Source of the DNA: Mobula hypostoma | Taxonomy: Eukaryota | Reading direction: 5' to 3' | NCBI RefSeq assembly: GCF_963921235.1 | Contig: NC_086100.1 | Location: 65,038,001-65,102,000 of the forward strand | DNA: 64,000 bases | Shown here: positions 1 to 12,924 of the stretch, piece by piece | Layout: every line of letters begins with the position of its first letter | Numbering within the stretch: the stretch's first letter is position 1 | Notes under the pieces: model-generated | What the model was told of the DNA's origin: nothing | Databases searched by the model: none | The model's input: only the letters and a program-made list of their open reading frames with translations | Made by a program: the position numbers and the translations under genes

Positions 1-720
1 TTCGAGGAGCTGGGCTTCAATCGATATCACGGTATTTACCTCTAGGTTAAGACCTGCAAACAAAACGCCATTCTCCTGGATACAGGTGTCCAGCGGATGA
101 CCTGCAGCCTGCTAAGTAACCAGGAGCAACCACTGACATGATGGTGGCCTACGTAACAAGTAATTGCTCAGTCTCCGCGGCAATGACAGGGAGCTTGTAA
201 ATTGAAAACTCTGAGCGGAACCACGACCTGCTCGCTCCCTGCGCCATCGGTGAGAGACGCATGCACCCACAGGGAGGGAGACAGACTGGCTACTGATCGG
301 TCAGCACTCACCAGTTAACCTAGTTTCCGTAACCACTCCGCCGCCGCGCTCACACTTATCAAATCCCGCTGTTTCCCGTGGCAGCCGAAATCGCGCGCCT
401 GCGCTGTTCAACGGTAACGTCAGACGATCGGCCGTTGGCGGAGGAAACTTTCCTGCCCTGATTGGACGAGAGGCTGGTGATGCGGCCAAAATCGAAGGTG
501 GCGAGATGATTGGAGGAGGGGATAATGACGCGGCGAAGGTGAGGCTGTTGACGTCGATCAGCAGTCAGTGGCGGGTTGGATTTGGAGATGCACTCTTTGT
601 CCGCCTACTTAGCCCAATGCTGCCCATCTGGTTCAATACGGGGAAAAAGAGGAAACTGCATTTTGTTTCTAAATCACGGCCGAAAAGAATAACTACATCA
701 AAACTGATTGATTGGAAAGG
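1..720 (-). promoter_or_regulatory. CpG-rich promoter and probable non-coding first exon (donor at 311/312) of a gene running off the left edge; probably ACSL3 by synteny
   Basis: High CpG density over 1-600. CCAAT boxes (ATTGG on + at 461, 509, 711) and a CRE-like TGACGTC at ~549. Minus-strand donor CTG|GTGAGT at 312/311. Identity is inferred only from the mammalian order FARSB-MOGAT1-ACSL3. Confidence 0.55.
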
Positions 721-1169
721 CTGCTGCAAGTTGATTAAAATATGAACAGCTTAGCTTGCTGGTCTACAGAGTAATCCAAACACGTTAAAGTATGAGAGAG
801 AATTGTCAATGATTACGGTTTTTTTTTTGTTTCTGGCTGCTTTACTGTCATTATTGGATTTCCCTTTCATTTGTTACCCTTTGGAATTCAGCAAAGGATG
901 ACAAATTGATCAAGGAAAAACAGAATCTGAAAACAAACTAGCGAAAGGTGTATATAAATTAAAGATTAGGTTTTACAACTGAAACAGAAAAAATGCAGGA
1001 AACACTCAACAAATTGAAAAACCATTGGGGTATAAAACCTTGTGTTTCACATTGAAGAGGGAAAAGGTTTACAAAAAGGAAGTCACATTTAAATAGTCCA
1101 TTGGAACTTTTTAAACATACCTTATTAAAGTAGATGAGAGAAAAGTAGAGGATGTAATAAAGATTTTCT

Positions 1170-4100
1170 CTTTTAGTTCACCTTGGTCTCTGCTTTCCAG
1201 GTAGAGTCAAGTAAAACCTCTCTTACCCTAATCCACTTTTGCTTCCAGCATTGGATGAGATATTCATCTGCACAGACCACAACCTCTTGTTCCAGAAAGA
1301 GAGGCAGAGGATAACCAAACTGACACCTGAACGGTGAGCTTCCATATGCCAAATGCTGTAAGGTGTTGTGGGCGATATCTGCCACATTAAACAGTCACAC
1401 CACTTATCAGGTCTTTCTGAGGGCAGGCATCTCAAGGTATGTTCTAAATCTTGGTTGGTCTGCTCCGTCTGGCTGTTGGACTGTGGGTGAATCCCAGAGG
1501 AAAGGCCTGCTGTTGCCTCTATCAGTTTACAGAAATGTGCTGAGAATCGTGGACCATGATCCGAGACAATGTCCACCTGGAAGCCCTGGATCCTGAAGAC
1601 CTAATCCAGGATCTCTGCCACAGACAGTAGTTTCTCCAAGGCAATGAACTTGCACACTTTTGAAAACTGATCAGCAATTACCCTTGGATGGCAGGAGACC
1701 CATGACTAAGTCCACAGAGATCTGTACCCAAGGTCTTTCTGGAACAGATAGGGGGTGGAGGAGCCCTTGAGGTTAGGTACAGGGCTCGTTGTTCCGGGTG
1801 CACACCTCTCATGCCTGCCTGCCAAACCTCTTTTGTCATCCTAGGCCACCAATGACTCCTCTTGATAAACTCATGGGTCCTGGCAATCTTTGGGTATGTG
1901 GTCATACTCCACAATGTCCCCATTTGAGTACCTGGGACTAGACAGAACCTGGGACGAACAGCCTACCTGGAGGACCGTTCTTAGGAATCTCCCCTTGAGC
2001 TGGGTCTCATGAGTAAGAGCATTGATTCCCCAATGAATTTGCACTATCACCCTGGCTTGGAGCAAAATAGTGGTTAGCTGTTCTTCTCATTCTGGTTCGT
2101 CAAACTTACAGGACATCTGGCTTCTGGTTCTTCAACCCCAATTGATAGGTCAGGATAAATTCAAAGCAGTTAGCCGGCTGGAGAGGACTGCACATGGGTG
2201 CAGTTTACCATGCAAAGGTTGTTGTTGAGATAAGATGGCACCCACTCCAATGTCTGAGGCATCCACCTCCATGATGAGGAGAAACCAAAATAGGAGCTGT
2301 TGTGGACCGCTGCTAAGCTCTGAAAAAGCAGTCTCCACTTCAGTGATCCAAACAAAAGGGCCTGTGGATTTCTTAGTTAGCAGCGTCAACGGTAGAAGTT
2401 TGCAGACCCCAGGAATGGCTGGATTTTTTTGATACTCGTTGGTAGTGGCCATTATTCGACTGCCTGAGTCTTGCTAGGGTCCATCTTGAGATTGCCGTTG
2501 GAGATGATGAACCCAAAAATGAAACAGTCGTCATGAGAAACTCGGACTTCTCCAACTTGACATTAAGTCATTGATCTAAAAGTCTCATTAAAATGTTCCT
2601 GACGTGAGTGGTATGCTTATCTATGGACTTCAAGAAGATTAGGTTACATCCATGTAGATGAAGGCATACTTGTGGAGAGTATTGTGGAGTAAGTCATTTA
2701 CAAATGGCTGGAGCATTCTCAAGGCCAAAGGGCATAACCAGGTTATCCTAATGCCCTGATGGTGTATTGAACGCAGTCTTCCATTCATCGCCTTCCCTAA
2801 TACGGACCAGATTGTATGTACTTTGTAGGTCTAGTTTTATGAATACCCTCATCCCATGGAGCATCTCGAAGGCCGTATTCATGAGCGGAGCGGGGTAGCG
2901 ATTCTTGGCTGCTATGCAGTTTAATCCCTTATAATCAATGCATGGCATAGCCTCCCATCTTTTTTTTGTATGATGAAGCCGCCTGTGCTGGCAGATGAGA
3001 TGGAGGGCAGAATGAAGCTCATGGCAAGAGCCTCCTTTATATATTCCTCTGTTGTGCTTCCCTGTGGGCCTAAGAGTGGATAAAATTGACCCCATGGGGG
3101 ACAAGTACAGGGCAGCAGGTCTATAGCACAGTTGTAGGATTGTTGCGGTGGAAGAGTCGAGGCTTTTCCCTTGCTGAAGACCTGCTCTAAGTCCTTGTGG
3201 ACGGAAGGGATTTCGACCAGTTTGAGTGCCACTATCTCCTCTGGTCCTTCCTTCGTGGATGACTGCTTAGGCTTCTTAGATGGCAGGGGTGATTCAAAAG
3301 ACCTCAAAGTCCTCTCGCTACGCTCACAAAGCTCACTCATAGAAACAAGGGCCAAATCAGAGTCCAAATCCCCATCTGTATCCTCAGACAATGGCAGCGA
3401 TGTGTTACAGAGGGTTCTTCCCTCCACCCCCACCTGGGAATGGGCTTCAAGGATCAGCGTAAAGGAGTCTTTCCCTTCCTTGAGACCTAGCAGCTGGATT
3501 CCTTCAGCTTAGCAGCAAGGTTCCCAGACTGCTCGGACATCTCCTTGGGCCTCTCCTGAACAAGAGATTCCCTTTTTCTAGTTCCTGTGGAATCCTTACT
3601 TGACAGTGGCAAAACTTGCACAGTCCTGTCGACAGGAACTGACCTTTCCACTGTTGAGGGCAGGGCTAGGTCTCCAGAAGGTCTCAGGTTTTTTCACACT
3701 GAAGGCCACCCCCTTATTGGTCATTAGTCACAGCAGAGTCTGGGTGTCGGAACACCAGGCAGCAAACAAACCCTTTTACAAAGATTGGACCAAGCAATGA
3801 TTCTCCCTTTCCTCCAGTCCATGGATGGGTTATGCTGGGACAGCCGATGGTACAGGAGGATCAGGAGTATGAGTGGAGAGTCAATATGTAGAAACTAATG
3901 TCTTCCACATCATCCCCTGTCCTCATGTGCAACACCACAGTCTTACTGAATCTGCCCAGAACCTAGTGAACCTACAGCTTCAGACGCTTGGCCCTCAGGT
4001 GTCCTGCTTCCCTGCAGTAAAAGCAGCACCATTGACTCCAATGCAAGGACCTCTCATCGGCAGAGGGTCCAGTGCCACTGAACTGCATATGTTCAACTGG

Positions 4101-6104
4101 ATTTTGAGCAGGCGACGGGCTGGCCATGATCCAAGGTTGGGAAGTAGGACTGCAATGTATAGGGACTGGGCTCAGGCCAGCTCTCTTTGACCTCCTGAAG
4201 TGGTTCTACTCTCGTTCTGCAAGATGATTATCAAGACGAATGGATTGGTCAATCAGACCTTTAAGTTCTCGGCTGGCTGTCCCAAAGCAAGGGCATCCTT
4301 GACTTCATTTCAGAGTTCACAGGGGTATAGCATGGCCAAAGCCTACCTATTGATTACAATGGGATAAGCGTCCTTTATCTAAGATTAAACAAGATTGGGA
4401 AAAGGAACTTAATTTGACTTTTATGATGGAGGATTGGATGTGGATTTTGAAGTTGGTTAACTCTTCTTCAATTTGTGCTAGCCATTCATTGACTCAATTT
4501 AAAATTGTACATCGTTATCATTTGACGAAGGAAAGACTTTCTAAAATCTTTTCTAATGTTGATAGTCATTGTGATAGATGTAAAACTGAGATAGCTACAC
4601 TGACACATATGTTTTGGTCTTGTTCTATATTGGAACAGTTCTGGAAGTCGTTTTTTTCAACAATTTCTAAAGCACTTAAAATTAATCTACAACCTAATAA
4701 ATTAATTGCACTTTTTGGAATAATTCCTCAAAATATTCATGGTATTTCTGTGTCTGACCAACATGTTATTGCATTTGTTACATTGATAGCTAGGAGGGCC
4801 ATTTTGTTGAAGTGGAAGGATACATCAGCTCTCACTTTGTCACAATGATTCTCTCAAGTGATGCAATGTCTTAGTTTGGAGAAAATTAGAAGTCGAACCT
4901 TTGAACCTTTATTTGATTTTGAGAAGAGATGGGGCTCATTTGCTCGTTATTATCATTTGAGCTAATGGATATAATTTTTCCACGATCTAATTGTAAATTT
5001 TTTAGTATATTTGCTTTTCTTGCTGGTGGTTTGATGTTTATTTTTAGAAGCTTTTTGTATGACGCATGGCTCCGGGTTGTACACCTAATGGGTTCTTTTT
5101 TTTTTCTCACTTTTCTGCTTAGTAGGTTTTTTTGTTATCACAAAATTTTTTTTCAATCTTTAAGATAATGTCTTTTTTGAGACATTGTGAGTGTTGTTAC
5201 TTCAATGTACTCATGTTATTTTTTCCGTATTATATAACATAAAAAGATTTGAAAAGAAAGAAAGAAAGCCTACCTGTTCCAACCACTCTCCTGGGCCAAG
5301 GTACGAAATTCGATCACGTAGTCGGCCATATAGTCATCAGGCAGTCTGAGACTCAGCTGGCTCCGGTGGGATGATGAAACACCATTCTCATGGCGGCCAT
5401 GAATTCCTCTGAATCCGAGCAAATCTCCAACCTTCGTTCCTGATGCATGGTGGCCCAGCCCAGAACTCTTCTAGTCAGAAGGGAGATAATGAATGCCACT
5501 TCTCCACATTCCGAAAGGAACCAGGACTGGAGTTCAAATACTAATGAACATTGGACGAGGAAGCCATGGCAAAAACCCAGGTCACCTTCAAATCTCTCTG
5601 GTGTTGACAGATGGACTGGCTCTGCAACAACCGACAGCCTCACCCGAACGACTTTGGCTTCCTCCCTGCAGTAGTGGGCACACGGCAACCTGAAAGTCGT
5701 GTATCTCCCGGCTCTATCTTGAAATTTTCTCACTGTGGCTGGCCACAGCTGACAAAAGGCTCTGCTCCGTTGGTTCCATGTTGGCTTAATCATACTGTGA
5801 CACGATTCCTTGACGAGGATAGTTTGGACCCAGATACTGGGATATCTGAAGCAAAGATCAAGATATGGTATCGAACTGGTTCTGAGCATGCAACAAACAC
5901 GAGACAATATTACTAGTAGCCTTATGATTGAGCACTGAACCACAGTTCAGGGGTTCCTTAAATTCTCGATTCTTGGCACCCAAAACATGATTACCAATTA
6001 GCGGGACTGTCCTGAACCCTTAAGGGGCTGCACCAGCTATCCATTCTCTGGGAAATTAGAGTGTCTAATCCCAGAAGCTGGCCCATTTGGAGCATCTCGC
6101 AACA
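1170..6104 (-). mobile_element. Degenerate Ty3/Gypsy (sushi-like) LTR retrotransposon: 5' LTR ~5796-6104, gag from ~5779, protease/RT/RNaseH/integrase fragments, 3' end truncated
   Basis: Gag-like PERFEGD..C.GFLVQCSLVF...AFIISLL; [11 protein letters not shown]...[29 protein letters not shown]; RNase[16 protein letters not shown]; integrase DIVSDHGPRF...HPQSNSQTEQTNQDLE. Many stops and frameshifts. Putative LTR is bounded TG...CA. Confidence 0.9.
4349..5264 (+). mobile_element. L1-clade LINE 3' fragment nested in the Gypsy gag region
   Basis: ORF2 C-terminal zinc knuckle CDRCKTEIATLTHMFWSC, T-rich 3'UTR, (GAAA)n tail, 11-bp TSD AAAGCCTACCT at 4338-4348 and 5265-5275. Confidence 0.88.
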
Positions 6105-6329
6105 ACAAGTGCCTTAGGACTCAGACCACCAGGTTCAGGAACAGTTACTACCACTCAACCATCAGGCTCTTGAACAGAAGGGGACAACTACACTCATTCT
6201 ACTTCTGGTGTTCCCACAACCGATGGTCTCACTTTAAGGATGCTTTATTTTGTAAAGCAGGTAATAACATCAGATTTTAGTAGGAAAAGGTTAAAAATAT
6301 CTGCAAATACCCCCCGCCTGTTGATCTGC

Positions 6330-6860
6330 TCAGGATCTAAGGATATGGCCAGGGACTCCTGATGTAGCAGATGCTTTCTGTGGGTTCACAATCCCAAAAG
6401 ACTGGTTTGACATCTGCAACAGTGATTGTGGGTGCGGGTGTGTTGAAGGCTACCAGGGCGGGTGATGAATTTCTATTTCCTTTATGTTCCAAATGTGCGT
6501 AGAATGTGCTAACCTCACCAGGGAAGGGATACGCTGTCATTGGCAGTGCTGCTTGACTTCATTTTGTAGCCTGTTAGAACATGCAAAACCTACCATACCT
6601 GCTGGCTGACCTAGCATTCAATTTTGAACTCTTGGCATCCAGGTAGGTTTACAAAAGTCCTATCTTGATTGTGTAGGACAGAGACACCCAAATAGAATGA
6701 ATAGACTTGGACTTTAGTAGGGAGTGGATATCTTGGTTCAAACAAGGTTTCTGGTTTGGGAACACCCAGACTGACCGTTTGGTGCACAGTTTCTACACAC
6801 TTTTGACTGGCTGCTGAGTTTTTGATTTTGTTGAATCGGGGAGTTGGCTTGAGGAACCAA
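6330..6860 (-). mobile_element. Degenerate Rex1/Babar-type LINE ORF fragment
   Basis: Remnant coding similarity (TFYAHLE...TITVADVK; PETLFEP region) to other Rex-like copies in the window. Confidence 0.5.
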
Positions 6861-7134
6861 ATGGCACAGTTTTTTTTTAGGGACACAGATTCATTTGTAC
6901 CTTCTGAAGAGAACTAAACAGTTACTTGAAGGAGAAAAGAAAATATTTACAGATAAAAGTAAAGAATGAGGGAATGGAATTATGGATTACTCTTTAAAAG
7001 AGCCCATCTCAATCCCATAACCAAATGAACCCATTTTAATATGTTCAATTTTATGATGATGTGGTTTATCTTTTATGCTCATAAAAATCTTAAATGAAAT
7101 TGAAAGCTTCAACTTTATTTTCCCTATCATTTCA

Positions 7135-7940
7135 GATGATGATGAGGAGATGTCAAGCACCAAGTAGATCAATTAGTTGAGTGGTGTCACAACAACAAAA
7201 CCTTAAGCTCAACGTCAGTTAAGATCAAAGAATTGATTGAGGACTTCAAGAAGGAGAAGTCGAGGGAACACACACCTGCCCTCAGAGAAGGATTAGAATT
7301 GGAAAGGATGAGCAGTTTCAAGTTCCTGTGTATCATCATGTCTGAGGATCCATCCTGGGCACAAAATATTGATGCAATTACGAAGAAGGCATGACAGCAA
7401 CTTTATTTCATTAGGAGTTTAAGGAGAATTGGGATGTCAGCAAAGACACTTGCAAATTTCTACAGGTGTACAATGGAGAGCATTCTGATTGGTTGCATTG
7501 CTGTCTGGCATGGAGGGGCCACTGCACAAGATAGAAAGTTGTAAACTCAGCCCGATCCATCGTTCCCGCTAGCCTCCCCAGCATGGAGGATGCCTTCAAA
7601 AGCGGGTGCCTCAAAAATGCAGCATCCATCATTAAGGACCCACATCACCCAGGACATGCCCTCTTCTCATTGCTATCATCAAGGAGGAAATCCAGGAACC
7701 TGAAGACACACACTCAACATTTCAGTAACAACTTCTTCCCCACCGCCATCAGATTTCTGAATGGATAGTGAACCCATGAACACTACCTCATATTTTGCAC
7801 TACTTATTTAATTTAATTTTCTTTTATATGTACTACTTATTGTAGTTTATAGTTTTTATTATAATGGATTGCAATGTACTGCGGCAGCAAAATAGCAAAT
7901 TCCACAATGTATGTTGTGATATAAACCTGATTCTGATTTT
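7135..7940 (+). mobile_element. Rex1/Babar-type LINE 3' fragment
   Basis: AASIIKDPHHPGHALFSLLSS...FFPTAIRFLN, plus 3'UTR ending AAACCTGATTCTGATT. Confidence 0.8.
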
Positions 7941-8334
7941 CTCTGTTTTTATTCTCAGATTTTGTATTTTAACTTTGCTTTTACAAGGTAGTTTTTCATG
8001 TGACTCCTTCCACTTGGTGGGATGCAAGTGGAGTGAATATGCTGAGAGAAAGTCAAATGCCATCAGAAATCCCATTTCATTGCCAATCTGCTCAGATGTT
8101 TTAAGTAGTATAAGATAGACTAGATTGCCAATCCAACAATTCTACTATGGATGGAGCCCAGTAACCCCTATAACATTATGGAAAGTGGTTCTGAGCTGCA
8201 ATTACCAAGAACATTTTAAACCTAGCTGATTTTAAAGTAATACATTTAGAGATTTTTATATTGATCCCAATTCTTGCCATTTACCAGTGGTCTGAGAAGG
8301 TCTTGCACTAGAAAATTATTTTAGAATCTAAATT

Positions 8335-8735
8335 AAAACCAGAATCACTATCAAGTTTATTGTCACTGACGTACATGTAAAATTAAATGTTCTGTGGCAG
8401 CTAGACAAAATTAGCTGCAATAAAAGTAAATAAATATATAGTACAAAAGATGAATATTGAGGTAGTGTACTTGGGCTCATGGGCTGTTCAGAAATCTGAT
8501 GGTAGAGGGGAAGAGGCTGGTCCTGAAATGTTGAGTGTGGTTCTACAGGTTCCTGTACTTCCTCCCTGATGGTAGTAATAAGAAGAGGGCATGTCACAGA
8601 TGGTGACGGTCCTTGATGATGGATGCCATTTTGAGGCATCGGTTTTTGAAGATGTTCTCAATGGTGGGGAGGGTTGTGCTTATGACAGAAGTGGCTGAGT
8701 CTACAACCTTCTGCAGGCTCCTTCAATCCTGTCAT
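8335..8735 (-). mobile_element. Rex1/Babar-type LINE 3' fragment
   Basis: Reverse-complement similarity to 7480-7940. Confidence 0.75.
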
Positions 8736-9990
8736 ATCTTAAGGCATGGCATCATGCCCTGTACTGTCTTGATGGCCTTTGACAGTTCAAGTTGTCAAAA
8801 GCCTATTTTGCTTAAAATTGATACAAGTAATTAATTAATTGTATAATTCAAAGCCTACTTAATCAGTCTTCAATATTGGAGCACCATCTATGAGATAGAG
8901 ATAGAGATAAATTCAACTGTAAAAGCTAACATGAGAATTCTCCATAGGACTTTTACATACTGGATTCCCAATGGACCGGGCAATATAATCAAAATCTTCC
9001 ACTGAGATTTGCAACATGCCTCAGTGTTTAGCTGTAAGCTGTTCTCTAAGGGTTGAGCCGCTGCCAGCATTGCCCTCAGACAAGCACACAATTCTGTACC
9101 TTGCCCAACAAGCTATCTAATTTATTTTGATGATCTGGTTTTGGTATAGCAAAATATTTTTAGGAAGGTCATTTGCTTTCTTCACATTAAAGGACCAAAG
9201 AGAACTCTTAAATCTAATGAACATGTACTGATTTTTATACCCAGTGGTCAAGGATAAAACTAAATTCTATTTTCAGTGTTAATACATTAATTTTATTAAG
9301 GCTGACAATTTAGCAGCGGGCACTCAATCTGAAACACTTGGCTCACTGCTATACAGTGGATTCTTTTTATTTGGGCCAGTATATTTTGGCCCAATTAAGT
9401 GGCTGCCCAAATTAGCCAAAGTTTCATGGAAGTAGTTTAAAATGTATAAAATCTGGGTAACAAATTATGTATTTAAAGGAAATACAGAACAAGTTAGAGC
9501 ACAAACAGTACCACTACAAAACTATAAAACTGTAGTTCCTAATAATTATCACTGGAGGAATTCATCCAGTATACACTGCCGTGTTTTATTTATTGACTGT
9601 GCATGAGCAAAATCAGCGCAGTCATATAGTGCAGATAATGGACAGCCTTCAAACAACACGTTCAACGATTGGATCCTACAAATCTTCATTTTCATTGTAA
9701 CCTTCAAGATGATTATTGATACATACAAATTCTTCATAGTTCCTAACTTGATGAAGTAGTAAAATAGAGTATCTTTCACTCCCTGCCGCTTCCGGCATTT
9801 CTGGTACTGAATATTTGAAACCGCAATGAGCAAAACAATTCCGAATTGTCTTACTTCTTATTTCTTGCAAATTATCGGTGACAGAAATCACTGCCTTTTG
9901 AACACAAACACACGCAAATAGTGCTATTTAAAAACTGTTCACTCAAAGCACAGTGTCATGCTTAATGGCCACACAAGTGCACACAACTAA

Positions 9991-11889
9991 ACTCATAATT
10001 CCCACACCCCATACCGCTCGATTTTACCTCCTCCCCAAGATCCACAAGCCTGACTGTCCCGGTAGACCCATAGTTTCTGCCTGCTCCTGTCCCACCGAAC
10101 TTGTATCTGCCTACCTGGACTCCATTTTGTCACCCATAGTTCAGTCCCTCCCCACCTACATCCGGGATACATCCCATGCCCTCCATCTCTTCAATAACTT
10201 CCAGTTCCCCGGTCCCGACCGCTTCATTTTCACTATGGATGTCCAATCCCTATACACCTCCATTCCCCATCAAGAAGGCCTCAAAGCCCTCCACTACTTT
10301 CTAGATAATAGACCTCACCAGTTCCCCTCCACCACTACCCTCCTCCGGTTGGCGGAACTGGTTCTCACACTTAATAACTTCTCTTTTGGCTCTTCCCACT
10401 TTCTTCAGACTAAGGGTGTAGCTAGGAGAACTCGCATGGGCCCTAGCTATGCCTGCCTCTTCACTGGTTATGTGGAACAGTCTGTGCTCCAAACCTATTC
10501 TGGTACTGCTCCCCAACTTTTCCTTCGGTACGTTGACGACTACATTGGTGCTCCTTCCTGCACCCATGCTGAGCTCGTCAATTTCATTGACTTTACTTCT
10601 AACTTCCACCCAGCCCTCAAATTCACTTGGTCTATCTCGGACACTTCTGTCCCCTTTCTCGATCTCTCGGTCTTCATCCCTAGAGACAGACTGTCCACTG
10701 ACATCTTCTACAAGCCCACTGACTCTCATAACTACCTTACCTATGCCTCTTCCCACCCTGCCACATGCAAAAATGCCATTCCCTATTCCCAGTTCCTCCA
10801 CCTCTGCTGCATCTGCTCCCAGGATGAGGTTTTCCGTTCCAGGACATCTCAAATGTCCTCTTTCTTTAAGGATCGTGGTTTCCCTTCTGCTGTCCTCAAT
10901 GATGCCCTCACCTGCATCTCCTCCATTTCCCACACTTCGGCCCTCACCCCATCCTCCCGCCACCACAACAGGGACAGAGTTCCCCTTGTCCTCACCTACC
11001 ACCCCACCAGCCTCCGGATCTAGCACATTATCCTCCGCAACTTCCGCCACCTTCAACAGGACCCCACCACTAAGCACATCTGACCCTCTCCACCCCTATC
11101 CGCAGGGATCAGTCCCTCCCCACGGATCTTCCACCTGGCACTTATCCCTGTAAGCGCAAGTGCTACACTTCCTCTCTTGGCACCAGTCAAGGCCCCAAAC
11201 AGTCCTTCCAGGTGAGGCAACACTTCACTTGTAAGTCTGTTGGGGTCATCTATTGCATCCGGTGCTCCCGGTGTGGCCTCCTCGACATCGGTGAAACTCG
11301 ACGCAGATTGGGGGACTGCCTCGTTGAGCACCTCCGCTCCATTTGCCACAACAGACAGAATCTCCCAGTAACCACCCACTTCAACTTTGCTTCCCACTCC
11401 CATTCATATATGTCCATACATGGCCTCCTCTACTGCCATGATAAGGCTAAACTCAGGTTGGAGGAGCACACGTTATATACCGTCTAGGTAGTCTCCAGCC
11501 CCTTGGTATGAACATAGAATTCTCCAACTTCCGGTAATTCCCCCCCTTCCTCTATCCCTATGTCATTCTGCCCTCTCCCCCAGCTGCCTATCACCTCCCT
11601 CATGGTTCCGCCTTCCTCTACTACCCATTGTGTTTTCCCCTATTCCTTCTTCACCTTTCCTGCCTATCGCCTCCCTGCTTCCCCTCCCCCACCCCTTTCT
11701 CTTTCCCCTTATTGGTTTTTCACCTGGAACCTACCAGCCTTCTCCTTCCCACCCTCCCCCCACCTTCTTTATAGGGCCTCTGCCCCTTCCCTCTTCAGTC
11801 CTGATGAAGGGTTCTGGCCCGAAATGTCAACTCATCGTTTCCACGGATGCTGCCCGACCTGCTGAGTTCCTCCAGCATGTTCTGAGTGT
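9991..11889 (+). mobile_element. 5'-truncated Penelope-like element (Neptune-type): RT + Cys linker + GIY-YIG endonuclease, pseudogenised
   Basis: FYLLPKIHK..PGRPIVS, MDVQSLYTSIP, RYVDD, YKPTD; premature TAG at 11021; GVIYCIRCSRCGLLDIGET. 13-bp TSD TGCACACAACTAA at 9978-9990 and 11890-11902. Confidence 0.95.
11797..11832 (+). ncRNA. Minimal type I hammerhead ribozyme motif (variant) in the PLE terminal repeat
   Basis: AGTC CTGATGA AGGGTTCTGGCCC GAAA TGTC AACT; one helix I mismatch. Confidence 0.7.
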
Positions 11890-12075
11890 TGCACACAACT
11901 AACGTTAGTTAGAAACTTCAGCAACTGTCTCCTGTCCCATTTAAGCAACATACTGGCCGAAATAAATGAAGGAAATCATGGCTGTTTTCTCAATTAGTTT
12001 TGTACTTTAAGATTTATTCCAAGTAAGCAGCTGTCCTGATTAACTGATGGCCCAATTAACCACAATCCACTGTAT

Positions 12076-12446
12076 TTGCCAACTGCTGTGTACATACATC
12101 TATTGACGCTTCTGGACACATCTTCAGTGATGTTCCTGGAATCATCGGGTGTTTCGGGTCTTTCAACATCATACAACTTCCTCCAGGTGACCCAGCCGGG
12201 GCTGATCAGACCCCAGCTTGTGTCCAGATGGCTAGCTACTTATGACTCCATGGCTCCCCTCTTTTGAGCCACAGCCATCTTGAGGCCCTCTCTGCTGAAT
12301 CAGTGGTACTGTGGATGACTCTCCTCTTCCTCTCTCCCTCGATGCCCAAAATGCTGAAGGCTTTAACTAAAGAATGGGCTACGAATCCCCTACAACCAGC
12401 CTCCACTGGGTGACACCTCGCTCTCCATCCAGCCTGCTGACAGTTA
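12076..12446 (-). mobile_element. 3' fragment of a restriction-like-endonuclease non-LTR element (HERO-like)
   Basis: Minus strand encodes VEAGCRGFVAHSLVKAFSILGI...AERASRWLWLKRG, followed by a structured 3'UTR. Confidence 0.65.
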
Positions 12447-12924
12447 CAACACTGTTACTGTAAATGTATATTGATTTTTCTGTTAACCTTAATTAAAGTA
12501 CAGGTGAGTAGCTTCTGCCATCAAAGTGCTACTGGAGGCAACTGCCAGTCTAGGCTGAAATATCTTCCCATACCACTCACACCTCCTGCAGATTTGTTGA
12601 GATAAGCTACTAGCAAGCAAAGCAAGTATCTCACATTTTATCAGACTCCAGAAAAGTTCCTTCAAACAATATATGAGGCACTGAAAGCTCTGCTAATAAC
12701 AAGGGACCATTTTTGGATGTCCGCCTGGTTTATTTTGTGGGAAATACAGTTCATGTGACATTTAGACAAAATTAGTAAGAATGAGAAAGGAAACAGGGAA
12801 ATATGTTTGGTTAGCTTCATATCACTGGTAAAGAATATGCAAAATCCAATTTTTTGGACATGATTACAGAAAACTGGGTGAATTACAAATTAGATTGGAT
12901 GAAAAAAGATTTTATTAAAAAGAA

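Larger units (their letters stand above)
9354..12072 (-). mobile_element. Tigger/pogo-like non-autonomous DNA transposon, interrupted by a Penelope insertion
   Basis: TA-flanked termini TA|CAGTGGAT...ATCCACTG|TA and transposase remnant EIRSKTIRNCFAHCGF. Related copies at 18882 and 35159. Confidence 0.8.

Noticed and set aside
506-745. Short ORFs in the left CpG promoter (also 301-489)
   Set aside because: No homology recognised; typical of GC-rich promoter DNA.
5353-5943. PEG10/RTL1-like domesticated gag gene
   Set aside because: Frameshifted, interrupted by an L1 and embedded in a decayed Gypsy element.
10301-11153. 258-aa antisense ORF and 234-aa alternate-frame ORF
   Set aside because: Shadow frames of the C-rich Penelope RT sequence, with no recognisable domains.
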